Assembly: GCA_963796055.1 (NCBI GenBank)
Contig: CAWCKH010000006.1
Coordinates: forward strand, 123,685-187,684
Reading direction: 5' to 3'
Origin: an uncultured delta proteobacterium
Lineage (GTDB): Bacteria > Myxococcota > Myxococcia > Myxococcales > Myxococcaceae
Length of the DNA stretch: 64,000 bases
This document shows, piece by piece, positions 1 to 8,937 of this stretch. The notes under the pieces are model-generated. The model had not been told where the DNA came from and ran no database searches. It saw only the letters and a list, made by a program, of their open reading frames with translations. Positions within the stretch are counted from its first letter, which is position 1. Every line of letters starts with the position of its first letter. Made by a program: the position numbers and the translations under genes.

Positions 1-147
1 GCGCTGGCGGCCAAGGGCCAGAAAGTGGACCGCCGGCACATCCACCTGCCCGAGCCGATCAAGACCGTGGGCGCGCACGAGGTGGAGATCCGCCTCCACC
101 GCGACGTCACTGCGAAGATCAAGGTCGAGGTCGTTCCCGAGGCCTGA
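1..147 (+). CDS. rplI: 50S ribosomal protein L9, C-terminal part (5' truncated by window edge)
   Basis: Frame 1 reads ALAAKGQKVDRRHIHLPEPIKTVGAHEVEIRLHRDVTAKIKVEVVPEA*, the typical L9 C-terminus; directly upstream of dnaB. Confidence 0.93.
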   Translation, partial: ALAAKGQKVDRRHIHLPEPIKTVGAHEVEIRLHRDVTAKIKVEVVPEA

Positions 148-160
148 AGCCTCCCCCAGG

Positions 161-193
161 CCGGCCCATGGGCATCCCGCCTGGGCCGGTTTG
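161..193 (+). terminator. GC-rich hairpin after rplI followed by a T-rich stretch (possible intrinsic terminator)
   Basis: CCGGCCCA...TGGGCCGG inverted repeat followed by TTTGTCGTTG. Confidence 0.35.
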
Positions 194-251
194 TCGTTGC
201 TGTTTGTCAGGGAGCGGAGGGATCCTGGGCCGCTCCGGGGAGTGGTGATCG

Positions 252-1619
252 ATGGCCGTCGTCCAGCCGCTGCGTCCACAGACCGAGGATCTTGCCGCCG
301 AGCGCGCGGTGCTCGGAGCGGTCCTGGCGGACAACACGGTAGTGGCCTCCGTGGCCGAGGTCGTCCTCGCCGATGACTTCTCCAACCCCGCGCACGCGCA
401 GATCTTCGCCGCGATGCTGGCCCTCGACGGGACCCAGCGTCCGGTCGACCACCTCACCCTCTCCGAGGAGCTGAAGACCCGGGGCCAGCTCGCGGGTGTG
501 GGCGGTCCGGCGTACCTCATGACCCTGGACCAGGTGGTCCCCCTGGCGTCCAGCGCCGTGGAGTACGCGCGCATCGTCAAGGACCAGTCGGTCCGGCGGC
601 GGCTGGCGGGCGTGGGGCGGGAGATCCTCGAGCTGGCCAGCCAGGACACCGGCGAGCTGGATGCCATCCTCGACGAGGCCGAGCGCCGGGTCTTCCAGCT
701 GGCGGAGCGGAAGCGCGAAGGAGAGCTGAGGCCCGTCCGGGAGCTGATGGAGCGCACGCTCAATCTGCTCGACCGGATGAAGATGTCCTCCAGCGGCGTC
801 ACCGGGCTCTCCACCGGCTTCGTCGACCTCGACCTGCAGCTCACCGGCCTCCACCCTGGCGAGCTGCTGATTCTCGCCGCGCGCCCCGGGGTGGGGAAGA
901 CCTCGCTGGCGATGAACGTGGCGATGCACGTGGCGCTCAAGGAAGAGCGCCCGGTGGGCATCTTCTCGCTGGAGATGCCGGCGGATCAGCTGCTGATGCG
1001 GCTCCTGGCCAGCGCCGCCCGGGTGGACATGAAGAAGCTCCGGGGCGGGCGACTGACTCCTCACGACGAGGAGAAGTTCCAGGAGGTCGCCGGGAGCCTG
1101 TTCAACGCCCCGCTGTTCATCGACGACACCGGCGCCCTGTCCCCCTTCGACCTCCGGGCCAAGGCCCGGCGGCTGAAGCAGAAGAACCAGGGCCTGGGGC
1201 TCCTGGTGGTGGACTACCTGCAGCTCATGCACCAGAAGGGCAAGGTGGAGAGCCGGCAGCTCGAGGTGAGCGAGATCAGCCGCTCCCTCAAGGCGCTGGC
1301 CAAGGAGCTGGAGGTGCCCATCCTCGCCCTGAGCCAGCTGAACCGGAAGGTGGAGGAGCGCAAGGGGGGCCGGCCGATGCTCTCCGACCTCCGCGAGTCC
1401 GGCGCCATCGAGCAGGACGCCGACGTGGTGATGTTCATTCACCGCGACGACGACGGCGACGACGAGGAGAGCAGCGGAGGCTCGGGCTACGGCGCGGGAC
1501 GCGGGGCGACGCCGGTGGAGCTCATCGTCGCCAAGCAGCGAAACGGACCGACCGGGACCATCGATCTCGTCTTCCTCTCCGAGTTCACCCGGTTCGAGAG
1601 CCGGGCGCGGGTCGACTGA
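252..1619 (+). CDS. dnaB: Replicative DNA helicase DnaB
   Basis: AERAVLG N-terminus, Walker A AARPGVGKT, SLEM, DYLQL, LSQLNR, DLRESGAIEQDAD, KQRNG. Confidence 0.98.
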   Translation: MAVVQPLRPQTEDLAAERAVLGAVLADNTVVASVAEVVLADDFSNPAHAQIFAAMLALDGTQRPVDHLTLSEELKTRGQLAGVGGPAYLMTLDQVVPLASSAVEYARIVKDQSVRRRLAGVGREILELASQDTGELDAILDEAERRVFQLAERKREGELRPVRELMERTLNLLDRMKMSSSGVTGLSTGFVDLDLQLTGLHPGELLILAARPGVGKTSLAMNVAMHVALKEERPVGIFSLEMPADQLLMRLLASAARVDMKKLRGGRLTPHDEEKFQEVAGSLFNAPLFIDDTGALSPFDLRAKARRLKQKNQGLGLLVVDYLQLMHQKGKVESRQLEVSEISRSLKALAKELEVPILALSQLNRKVEERKGGRPMLSDLRESGAIEQDADVVMFIHRDDDGDDEESSGGSGYGAGRGATPVELIVAKQRNGPTGTIDLVFLSEFTRFESRARVD

Positions 1620-1620
1620 C

Positions 1621-1640
1621 ACCTCGTTTGGAGACGAGGT
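1621..1640. terminator. Hairpin between convergent dnaB and mddA-like gene
   Basis: ACCTCGT-ttggag-ACGAGGT perfect 7-bp stem immediately after the dnaB stop; no U-tract. Confidence 0.3.
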
Positions 1641-1778
1641 CCACGCTCGCACGCCGTGGGGATCGTGCTCGAGGTGTCGGGGGGCCGTGACACGCCCGCT
1701 TCGGCCGCTGGCCTCCACGGTCCTTGGGGCCCAGGAGCAGAGGGCAGACGAGACCGTACAGCGCCCAGCTGCGTCGCT

Positions 1779-2546
1779 TCAGTTCGCCTCCAGGGACTCC
1801 CCGGAGTCGGCCGGCGCGCGCCTGGGGATCGGAACGAGTCCTCGCACCTCCTGGCGGTAGGCGAAATACCGCGCTCCGTACTCCCGCACCAGGTCCCGCT
1901 CCTCGAGCTGGATGGCGACCAGGATGTACCCCAGCGTGGCCAGGGCGAAGACCAGGTGCCCGAGCGTCATCCTCGGCGCCGCCCAGAACGCGACGATGAA
2001 GCCCAGGTAGATGGGGTGGCGCACCAGCTTGTAGAGCACCGGGGTCCGGAACCGCGGCGCGGGGAGCTCCCGTCGTCGGGCCGCCAGGTAGACCTGCCGG
2101 AGGCCGAAGAGCTCGAAGTGGTTGATGAGGAACGTGCCGAAGAACACGATTCCCCACCCGAGCAGCGACAGCGTGGTGAGGGCGAGACGCGCTCCCGCGC
2201 CGTCGACCTGCCAGAGCACCGCAGGGATCGGACGCCAGAAATGGAAGAGCGCGATCAGACACCCGCTCGCGGCGAGCACGTAGGTGCTGCGCTCGATGGG
2301 TGCGGGGAGGATCCGGGTCCACGCCGCCTTGAAGCCCCGCCGGGCCATCCCGCTGTGCTGCACGGCGAACAGGGTCAGCAGCAGGGCGTCGACCAGCAGC
2401 GCCCTGCCGGCCGGAACCAGCGGTCCTCCCTGGTCGATGGCGCGGGGAACGAGCACGTTCCCGACGAACCCGATCGCGTAGGAGATGGTCCCCAGAAACC
2501 CCAGGTAGCAAAGAGCTCCGTACAGCACGTACCCCATGCGCTTCAT
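1779..2546 (-). CDS. mddA: Methanethiol S-methyltransferase MddA-like (isoprenylcysteine carboxyl methyltransferase family) membrane protein
   Basis: FAVQHSGMAR, IERSTYVL, FLINHFELFGLRQV, LYKLVRHPIYLGF, EERDL motifs; ATG at 2546 overlaps the upstream stop (ATGA). Confidence 0.82.
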   Translation of the reverse strand: MKRMGYVLYGALCYLGFLGTISYAIGFVGNVLVPRAIDQGGPLVPAGRALLVDALLLTLFAVQHSGMARRGFKAAWTRILPAPIERSTYVLAASGCLIALFHFWRPIPAVLWQVDGAGARLALTTLSLLGWGIVFFGTFLINHFELFGLRQVYLAARRRELPAPRFRTPVLYKLVRHPIYLGFIVAFWAAPRMTLGHLVFALATLGYILVAIQLEERDLVREYGARYFAYRQEVRGLVPIPRRAPADSGESLEAN

Positions 2547-3511
2547 GTCACGCCTCCTTCGAGCGCGCGGGTGCACGCCCGTTCCTCGATGAACCCGGCG
2601 ATGTCCTTCCAGGCCCGGCGGCTCTCGGCGAGCCAGGGCAAGGTCAGCGGCCAGTCGTGCTGCATCTCCTCGCCCACCAGGAGCCGGGCGTCGGTCCCGC
2701 TGACCTGGGCGCGCGCCACCAGCCGGCGCGTCTCCTCGGCGAGCAGCTCGTGCTCTCCCACCAGCACCAGCAGCGGCGGCAGCTCGGACAGATCGGCGAG
2801 GGCCGGCGACACCAGCGGGTCCCGGGCATCGGCCTGGCCGACGTAGTACCGAGCCCAGCGGCTCAGGTGCTCGTGGCTCAGCCACAGGTCGCGATGAGGG
2901 CCGATCGCCGGCGAGTCGGCGAGGTTGGCCCAAGGCGACAGCAGGACCGCGCCCCGGGGGCCGGATTCACCCAGCGCCCGCAGGCGGATCATCAGGCTGA
3001 GCGCCAGGCCACCTCCGGCGGAGTCACCGGCAACGAACGCTGGTCGGCCGCCGCGGAGCGTGGTCAGGAAGCGCCAGGCGGCGACCGCGTCCTCGAGCGC
3101 GGCGGGAAACGCATGCTCCGGCGCCAGGCGGTAGTCGGGAACGAGCACCTCGGCGTCACACCGGTAGCTGAGGCGAACCGCCCGGCTTCGGTACGAGGCA
3201 GGCGAGCCCATCACGTATGCCCCGCCGTGCAGATAGAGGATCGTGCGGCCGGGTCGCCGCGTCGCCCGCACGCTCTCGATGGCCAGCTGGTCCACCCGAT
3301 GGTCGGCGAAAACCACCGACGGATGCCGCTGCAGCATCTCGGCCCGGGAGGTCCGACCGAAGCGCTCGAACCGGCGACGCATCGTGCCCGGCGGCGTGGT
3401 GGCGCAAAACAGCGTGCGGGTCACCACTCCGTAGGCCCGGAGCGACAGCCAGCGGGTGATTCGATCGGCGGTCCTCGATCGCTGAACCGATCCACGTGCG
3501 CCGTGGTGCAT
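2543..3511 (-). CDS. Alpha/beta hydrolase, HSL-family esterase/lipase
   Basis: HGGAY oxyanion motif, DYRLAPEH, GDSAGG nucleophile elbow, C-terminal His (MQHDW). Confidence 0.9.
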   Translation of the reverse strand: MHHGARGSVQRSRTADRITRWLSLRAYGVVTRTLFCATTPPGTMRRRFERFGRTSRAEMLQRHPSVVFADHRVDQLAIESVRATRRPGRTILYLHGGAYVMGSPASYRSRAVRLSYRCDAEVLVPDYRLAPEHAFPAALEDAVAAWRFLTTLRGGRPAFVAGDSAGGGLALSLMIRLRALGESGPRGAVLLSPWANLADSPAIGPHRDLWLSHEHLSRWARYYVGQADARDPLVSPALADLSELPPLLVLVGEHELLAEETRRLVARAQVSGTDARLLVGEEMQHDWPLTLPWLAESRRAWKDIAGFIEERACTRALEGGVT

Positions 3512-3517
3512 GTCGGC

Positions 3518-3582
3518 ACCCTACGGAGCGGAGGGCAGTCGAAGCTTTTGGGAAGCCTGACGGTTAGCTGAGGCTTTCCTGA
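3518..3582 (-). promoter_or_regulatory. Putative activator-dependent promoter: three TCAG direct repeats at 11-bp period plus TAGGGT -10
   Basis: Plus-strand CTGA at 3557, 3568 and 3579; minus-strand TAGGGT at 3518-3523, 6 nt before the esterase ATG. Confidence 0.5.
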
Positions 3583-4265
3583 GCGAGGAACGCCTCGACC
3601 TCGGCCACGAGCCGGAGCCAGGCCGGCTCACCCGGCAGCAGCACGTGGTTGCGGCTGTGGAGCACCAGGGTCGGCACCCGGACCTTCGGCAGTTCGGGGC
3701 GGACGTCGACGTCACCCAGCGCCGAGAGGAGGCGGGGGGTTCCAGTCCGAGAGGCCGTTGCCGCGGGCGTCGTACCGCACCAGGGTGCGACCGCGCCCGA
3801 GGAGGGCCAGCCAGTGCCGCCAGACCTCGAACTGCCAGTCCAGCTCCAGGTGACTGAGCCAGTTGGCCGCCTTGACCAGCGGGGGGCCGTCCCCGAGCTT
3901 CGCGTATGCCAGGCGTGCACCGTCGGGAGCCTTGCAGAAGTACACCCGCTGCCGGGGGGACGCGGCTGGCGAGGCCGCTGCACCGTTGGGGTGCGCGACG
4001 TCGGTGATGAGGCGGTACCCCTGGCCGCGAACGGTCTGGAGCTCCACCCCAGATGCCCCCTCGAGCACGCGCCGCACCAGCGAGACGTTCACCTGGAGGT
4101 TGTTGGGTTCGACGACGGTGTCCGGCCACAGCCGGTCGATGAGGTCCTGCTGGCGCTGCAAGGTCCCCGCCCCCTCGACGAGCAGGACCAGGGTGTCGAA
4201 GGCCTTCCCGGAGAGGGCACGACGGAGCCGTCGCGCAGGAGCCTTCGTTCGTGCGCCTCGAGGAG
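3564..4265 (-). pseudogene. Winged-helix (OmpR/CadC-type) DNA-binding domain + alpha/beta hydrolase fusion regulator, frameshifted and internally deleted
   Basis: LEAHERRLLRDG / (frameshift ~4218) KAFDTLVLLVE...LIDRLWPD...NNLQVNVSLVRRVL...TVRGQGYRL; then DGARLAYA...NWLSHLELDW...RYDARGNGLSD; the C-terminal piece DVRPELPKVRVPTLVLHSRNHVLL is in another frame; nucleophile region missing. Confidence 0.8.
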
Positions 4266-4348
4266 CGTAGAACGGGGATTCGGACGGGCCGGGGGGTGAC
4301 CGCTCCGGGCGACCGTTTCGGTATGTGGAAGTCGGCGGACGGTACCGG

Positions 4349-5149
4349 CTATAGGTCGCGCGGTCGTCGCCTGCGCAGCGCTCGCAGGACGAGGGCCCGG
4401 GCATGGGAGACGGCTCGCTCCGGCGCGGTGCGCGCCCCGAGCTCCGTCGCCAGCGCCGAGGCGAACCGGCAGCCCGTGCCGCGCTGCTCAGGCCCGCGCG
4501 GCAGACGCCGCGAACGGAAGACGCGCGCCCTCCCCTTCCAGGCGAGGCTGTCCACCACCGTGGAGCCCGCGAGGTGTCCGCCCTTCACCACCACACCCGC
4601 GAACCCGAGCGCTTCCAGCAGCTCCGCGGCCCGGCGCGCCTCGCGGGCCTCCTCCAGGCGGTCCAGCCCGAGGAGCCAGGCGGCTTCGAGTGCGTTCGGC
4701 GTGAGCCAGACGCCGGGTCCCGCAAGAGACAGGTAGTCGCGCCGCCCCAGGCCGGAGAGGCGCCCGCCCGACGAGGCCCGGACGACGGGGTCGACCACCC
4801 ACGGCACCTGCGTTCCGCGCAGCGCCTGCCGGACCGCTCGCAGCTGGCCCCGACCAGGGAGCATCCCGAGCTTCACCGCATCGATGGGCCCGAGCTCCCG
4901 GAGGGCACGGATCTGCGCCGAGACCAAAGCGGGCCCGACCGACTCCCAGGCGAAGGTCGCCCTCCCCTGTGCGGTGACCGCCGCCACGACGGCCAGCGGC
5001 ACCCCCCCGCGCGCCCGGACTGCCTCGGCGTCCGCGAGCAGCCCCGCCTGGCCCGAGGGCTCCAGTCCTCCTACCAGAAGGACCCGTGGACCCCGGGAGC
5101 GGCGCAGGGACGCCGCCTGTCCATGCTCACCTGCGCGTGTCACGCGCAC
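4349..5149 (-). CDS. thiD: Hydroxymethylpyrimidine/phosphomethylpyrimidine kinase
   Basis: GGLEPSGQAGLLAD, AVKLGML, VVDPV, LTPNALEA, VKGGH, RGTGCRFASA; start codon uncertain. Confidence 0.88.
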   Translation of the reverse strand: MRVTRAGEHGQAASLRRSRGPRVLLVGGLEPSGQAGLLADAEAVRARGGVPLAVVAAVTAQGRATFAWESVGPALVSAQIRALRELGPIDAVKLGMLPGRGQLRAVRQALRGTQVPWVVDPVVRASSGGRLSGLGRRDYLSLAGPGVWLTPNALEAAWLLGLDRLEEAREARRAAELLEALGFAGVVVKGGHLAGSTVVDSLAWKGRARVFRSRRLPRGPEQRGTGCRFASALATELGARTAPERAVSHARALVLRALRRRRPRDL

Positions 5150-5882
5150 GGGTGACCAGCCCGCGATAGACGCCGAGCTGCAGGGGCATCGACTGGAGGA
5201 GCAGCTCCGGGTGCCACTGCACTCCCACCGCGAAGGTGCCGTTGCTCGACTCGATGCCCTCCACCACCCCGTCCGGCGCCACCGCGCTCGCCACCAGCCC
5301 CTCGCCCAGCCGGGACACCGCCTGGTGGTGGGTGGAGTTCACCATCAGCTGCCCGCGCCCGACGAGCTCCGCCAGCAGCGTCCCCTCCCGCACCTCAACA
5401 GGGTGGGACGGCTGGCCCCGGTCGTGCGCCTGCTCGTGGTTGCGTGCTTCCGGGAGGTCACGCTGGATGTCCTGGAACAGGGTTCCACCCAGCACCACGT
5501 TCAGCAGCTGCATCCCGCCGCAGACGCCCAGGACGGGCAGATTCCGCCGGAGCGCCGCCTGGAGCAGCGCCGTCTCGAAGCGGGTGCGGGCCGGCTTGAG
5601 CGTTCCCAGCCCCTCTCGCCCGGCCTCGCCGTACGCCTCGGGTGGCACGTCGAAGGCTCCCCCGGTCACCACCAGGCCCGAGATCCGATCCAGGAAGGCG
5701 TCGATCATCCCCGGGTCGGTCGCCAGCGGGAGCACCATCGGGAGCCCCCCTGCACGGAACACCGCCTCGGCGTAGGGGGATTTCAGCACGTAGCGCGAGG
5801 GGGTCTCGCCGCCGGCGGTGTCCTCGACGTCCGGGGTCAAACCGATGGTGGGGCGGCGCGGGACGTGTCCGTGGGGCTTCAC
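5127..5882 (-). CDS. Gamma-glutamyl-gamma-aminobutyrate hydrolase family (peptidase C26, class I glutamine amidotransferase-like)
   Basis: LGVCGGMQLLNV catalytic Cys, VNSTHHQAV, GVQWHPE; GTG start at 5882. Confidence 0.9.
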   Translation of the reverse strand: MKPHGHVPRRPTIGLTPDVEDTAGGETPSRYVLKSPYAEAVFRAGGLPMVLPLATDPGMIDAFLDRISGLVVTGGAFDVPPEAYGEAGREGLGTLKPARTRFETALLQAALRRNLPVLGVCGGMQLLNVVLGGTLFQDIQRDLPEARNHEQAHDRGQPSHPVEVREGTLLAELVGRGQLMVNSTHHQAVSRLGEGLVASAVAPDGVVEGIESSNGTFAVGVQWHPELLLQSMPLQLGVYRGLVTRARDTRR

Positions 5883-5883
5883 G

Positions 5884-6492
5884 CTAGCCTCCAGTCTCGC
5901 CCAGAAGGAACCCACGTTGCAGCGCCTCCACCCGGGAGGCCGGATCTCCCCCTGCCCAGAGGTCCGAGAGCACCGCCGCCCCATGGACCCCCGTCCGGGC
6001 CACCTGGGTGATGCTGTGCAGGGCGATGCCGCCGATGGCGATGACCGGGAGCGGGCTGTCCGCCACCTCCCGTCGGAGCCGCTCGAGCCCGAGCGCCGGC
6101 GCGGGAACCTCCTTGGTCCGCGTCGCGAACACCGGCCCCAGCCCCACGTAGCTCGCTCCCGCCGCCGCGGCCTCGCGGGCGCCGGCGGCGCTCCGGACGG
6201 TCACTCCCACCAGCCGGCCGAGGCCGAGCAGTCGCCTCGCCTCCGCCGGAGGCAGGTCCTCGTCGCCGAGGTGGACCCCGTCAGCCCCCGAGAGCAATGC
6301 CCAGTCCACCCGGTCGTTCACCAGGGCCACCACCCCGGAGCGCCGGAGCTCGGCCACCGCCTCGCGCACCGTCTCCCAGGCTGCGCGTCCCATCGACTGC
6401 TTGCACCGCACCTGCGCCACGCGCACTCCCGCCCGCGCCAGTAGCCCGGCCTGCTCGGCGAGTGTCAGATCCGGACGCACGCCGTCGTCCAC
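5884..6492 (-). CDS. thiE: Thiamine-phosphate synthase
   Basis: QVRCK, VNDRVD, GVHLGDED, GPVFATRTK, AIGGI; homology (LPRGLYAVVD) extends about 25 nt upstream of the called start. Confidence 0.9.
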   Translation of the reverse strand: MDDGVRPDLTLAEQAGLLARAGVRVAQVRCKQSMGRAAWETVREAVAELRRSGVVALVNDRVDWALLSGADGVHLGDEDLPPAEARRLLGLGRLVGVTVRSAAGAREAAAAGASYVGLGPVFATRTKEVPAPALGLERLRREVADSPLPVIAIGGIALHSITQVARTGVHGAAVLSDLWAGGDPASRVEALQRGFLLGETGG

Positions 6493-6597
6493 GACCGCGT
6501 AAAGCCCTCTCGGCAGGGTGATTGGGCCCAGGGATCTTCCTCCTCCGGCAGAGACGGTTGTTGACGAGCGGAGGGGGCCCCGTCAAATTCGCCCGCC

Positions 6598-6792
6598 ATG
6601 GCCGAGCCGCTCGACCCGAAGAACATCGACAAGCGCACCGCAGCCCGCTACCTGTCCCAGGGAGAAGTCGACGAGAAGGCCTGGGACCGGTATCTCAAAT
6701 CGCTTCCGGACGTCTCGGAGAAGGCCGCCCAGGTGGAGACGGTCATGGCCGACACCGACGACTTCCTGGACGACGAGATCGACGTGGAGTGA
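6598..6792 (+). CDS. Small hypothetical protein with acidic tail
   Basis: 64-aa ORF with strong GC3 bias, DKRTAARYL...G...YLKSLPD core and D/E-rich tail; first gene of a run of + strand ORFs. Confidence 0.75.
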   Translation: MAEPLDPKNIDKRTAARYLSQGEVDEKAWDRYLKSLPDVSEKAAQVETVMADTDDFLDDEIDVE

Positions 6793-6796
6793 TGAC

Positions 6797-7099
6797 GTGG
6801 TTCCGGCCGACGAGCGCGCACGCGGGGAGACGTTCGTGCTCGAACGTGCCGGCAAGGCCATCGACTTCACCACCGTGCTGCTCGGGTTCGCCTCGTCGGC
6901 GCTCATCCACATGGGCGTCCAGGCGAACCCCGAGTCCGGCACGGTGAGCCAGGACGCGGAGCTGGCCCGAGAGGTGCTCGACCTGCTCGCTCTGCTGCGG
7001 GAAAAGACCCGGGGCAATCTCACCCCCGAGGAGGAGCGGTTCTTCGATTCGCTCCTCACCGATCTCCGACTGAAGTTCGTCGAGGCGTTCCCCCGTTGA
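6797..7099 (+). CDS. DUF1844 domain-containing protein
   Basis: F..VLLGFASSALIHMG...NP...LDLLALLREKTRGNLTPEE...L..LRLKFV signature; GTG start inferred. Confidence 0.8.
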   Translation: MVPADERARGETFVLERAGKAIDFTTVLLGFASSALIHMGVQANPESGTVSQDAELAREVLDLLALLREKTRGNLTPEEERFFDSLLTDLRLKFVEAFPR

Positions 7100-7701
7100 C
7101 TGCACCGCCGTCCGCGGTCGGCTCGCAGGCGCGGGCCGTGGCGATCGTCTGCATGCTGGTGTCCGGCATCTCCGGGGCGACCTCGGTGAGTGAGACCTTC
7201 GCCCTGTCCGACCGCTGGAGCGCGCGCACCGAGGCGCTGCCCCGCGGCACCCCGGCCGCCGACCTGGTCGCCAGGCTGGCCGAGGCCAATGCCCGCGCGA
7301 TGGAGCCGGACCGCCACGCACGGGCGGCGCTGCTCATCGTCCTCGCCATCTCACTGTTCTTCACCTTCGTCTCTGCGGGCCGGGTGCTGCGGCCGGCGGG
7401 CCTGCCGCGCGAGGGCATCCGGCGGCTGCTCTGCGGGGCGGCGGTGGTCTCGGCGGTGCTCCGGACGGTGGACGGCGCCGCGGACGCCGCCTTCGCGCTC
7501 CGCTTCGGTCGCCTCGCCGCGCAGCTCGTCCCCCCGGGCGAAGGCGTCCCGACCACCTGGAACCTCGCTCCGACGTTCACCGTTGGCGCCTCGGTGCTCC
7601 GCACCGTGCTCGTGGCCGGGACGCTGGCCATCATCGCCCAGTACTTCCGCTCCACCCGGGTGAAGGCCTGGGCGGCGCCACAGGACGAGACCCCGAGGTA
7701 A
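7096..7701 (+). CDS. Hypothetical membrane protein
   Basis: About four hydrophobic segments; TTG start overlapping the previous stop. Confidence 0.65.
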   Translation: MTAPPSAVGSQARAVAIVCMLVSGISGATSVSETFALSDRWSARTEALPRGTPAADLVARLAEANARAMEPDRHARAALLIVLAISLFFTFVSAGRVLRPAGLPREGIRRLLCGAAVVSAVLRTVDGAADAAFALRFGRLAAQLVPPGEGVPTTWNLAPTFTVGASVLRTVLVAGTLAIIAQYFRSTRVKAWAAPQDETPR

Positions 7702-7733
7702 CGGGTTCTCGCAGGACGGAGGACGTCGGACCG

Positions 7734-8285
7734 ATGCGGGCGCAGGTGGACGAAGCGGCGCTGCGGGCGGTCATCACCTACAAGTGGGTGAAGGGCGTGG
7801 TCCAGCTCGTCCTCGCCACCGCGCTGGCCATCGCCGTGGCCATGGGACTGGGTGACGAGCTGGCCGAGTGGGCCCACGCCTTCCGGAACCACTCGACCCG
7901 AGCCTACGCCGTCGTGCTCGGGCGTGTCCTCGAGCGGGCCACGACGCCACGCGGGCTGCATGTCACCCTGCTCGCGCTCTTCGTCGACGGCACGGTCACC
8001 TGCGTGGAGGGGTGGGCGCTGCAGCGGCGACAGCCCTGGGGGGCGTGGCTGGTGGTGGCCGTGACCGGGTCGCTTCTGCCGTTCGAGGTGTACGAGCTGT
8101 TCCACCACTTTCGGTGGATTCGACTGCTGGTGCTGCTGATCAACGCCGCGGTGGTCGCGTTCCTGGTGGTCCACGCCCGCGCCCAGGCCCGCGGGCTCCA
8201 GGCCGACGGCCGCTCCACGGCGCGAGAGAGCCCTGGCTCGCGCGAGGGCAGCGAGGGCCGCGACGCGGCGCGCCCCCGGGCGTGA
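7734..8285 (+). CDS. DUF2127 family membrane protein
   Basis: LRAVITYKWVKG...VEGWAL...WGAWLVVAVTGSLLPFEVYEL...INAAVV pattern. Confidence 0.8.
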   Translation: MRAQVDEAALRAVITYKWVKGVVQLVLATALAIAVAMGLGDELAEWAHAFRNHSTRAYAVVLGRVLERATTPRGLHVTLLALFVDGTVTCVEGWALQRRQPWGAWLVVAVTGSLLPFEVYELFHHFRWIRLLVLLINAAVVAFLVVHARAQARGLQADGRSTARESPGSREGSEGRDAARPRA

Positions 8286-8306
8286 TGGTTCCCGCCGGGG
8301 CGCGGC

Positions 8307-8873
8307 TCAGCCGCGGGGGTCGGCCGGGTGCTCCGGGAAGAGCGGCTCGAGCGCCGGGGGCGCATCCCCGTCGAGCGCCAGGAGCACGCTTCGGGCATAC
8401 GGCAGCCGGAGGAGCTCCGGGCGGGTCAGCCCCAGCAGCCGGCCCAGGTGCCCCATGGGCCAGCGCTCGCGGAGCTTGTCGAACGCCTCCTCGGTGAGCG
8501 CGTCGTCCTCGAGCTCCTCCTCCTCGTAGACCAGGGTCTCGCCACCGACCCGGTGACCCCCACCGTAGGACACCACCTGCTCGAGCGCGTCGGGGTCGAA
8601 CACGTAGGCGTGCACCGTCACCCCGAACGCGGTCGACAGCCGGGCCGCGAGCGCGTGGTGTTCACCGTACCACTGTGCGCCGCGGCGGCCATAGGTGAAC
8701 GGGCCGTCGTAGGCGAAGCGGACGACCTTTCTCACCACCGAGACCAGGAGCCCGGCGCCCTCCGCGGGCTGCCCATCGGCCTCCAGCGATTCGCGAGCCA
8801 GGCGGGGAAGCTCCCCACCCTCCAGCGACTCCAGGCGGCATAAGTATCCGCCGTGCGCCTCGGACCGCGGCAT
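8307..8873 (-). CDS. Hypothetical protein
   Basis: 188-aa ORF with normal composition and GC3 bias, divergent from clpB. Confidence 0.7.
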   Translation of the reverse strand: MPRSEAHGGYLCRLESLEGGELPRLARESLEADGQPAEGAGLLVSVVRKVVRFAYDGPFTYGRRGAQWYGEHHALAARLSTAFGVTVHAYVFDPDALEQVVSYGGGHRVGGETLVYEEEELEDDALTEEAFDKLRERWPMGHLGRLLGLTRPELLRLPYARSVLLALDGDAPPALEPLFPEHPADPRG

Positions 8874-8937
8874 TCCGGGGGCTTGTACTGCTCCCGGTCT
8901 CGCTTGCCAACTTCGTGCCCGGACTTACGGTACGCCC

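Noticed and set aside
252..1619. Intein in DnaB
   Set aside because: Normal length of 455 aa; the only insert is a short acidic/Gly loop
6493..6597. TPP riboswitch upstream of thiE
   Set aside because: No CTGAGA or other aptamer core is visible and the space is very short
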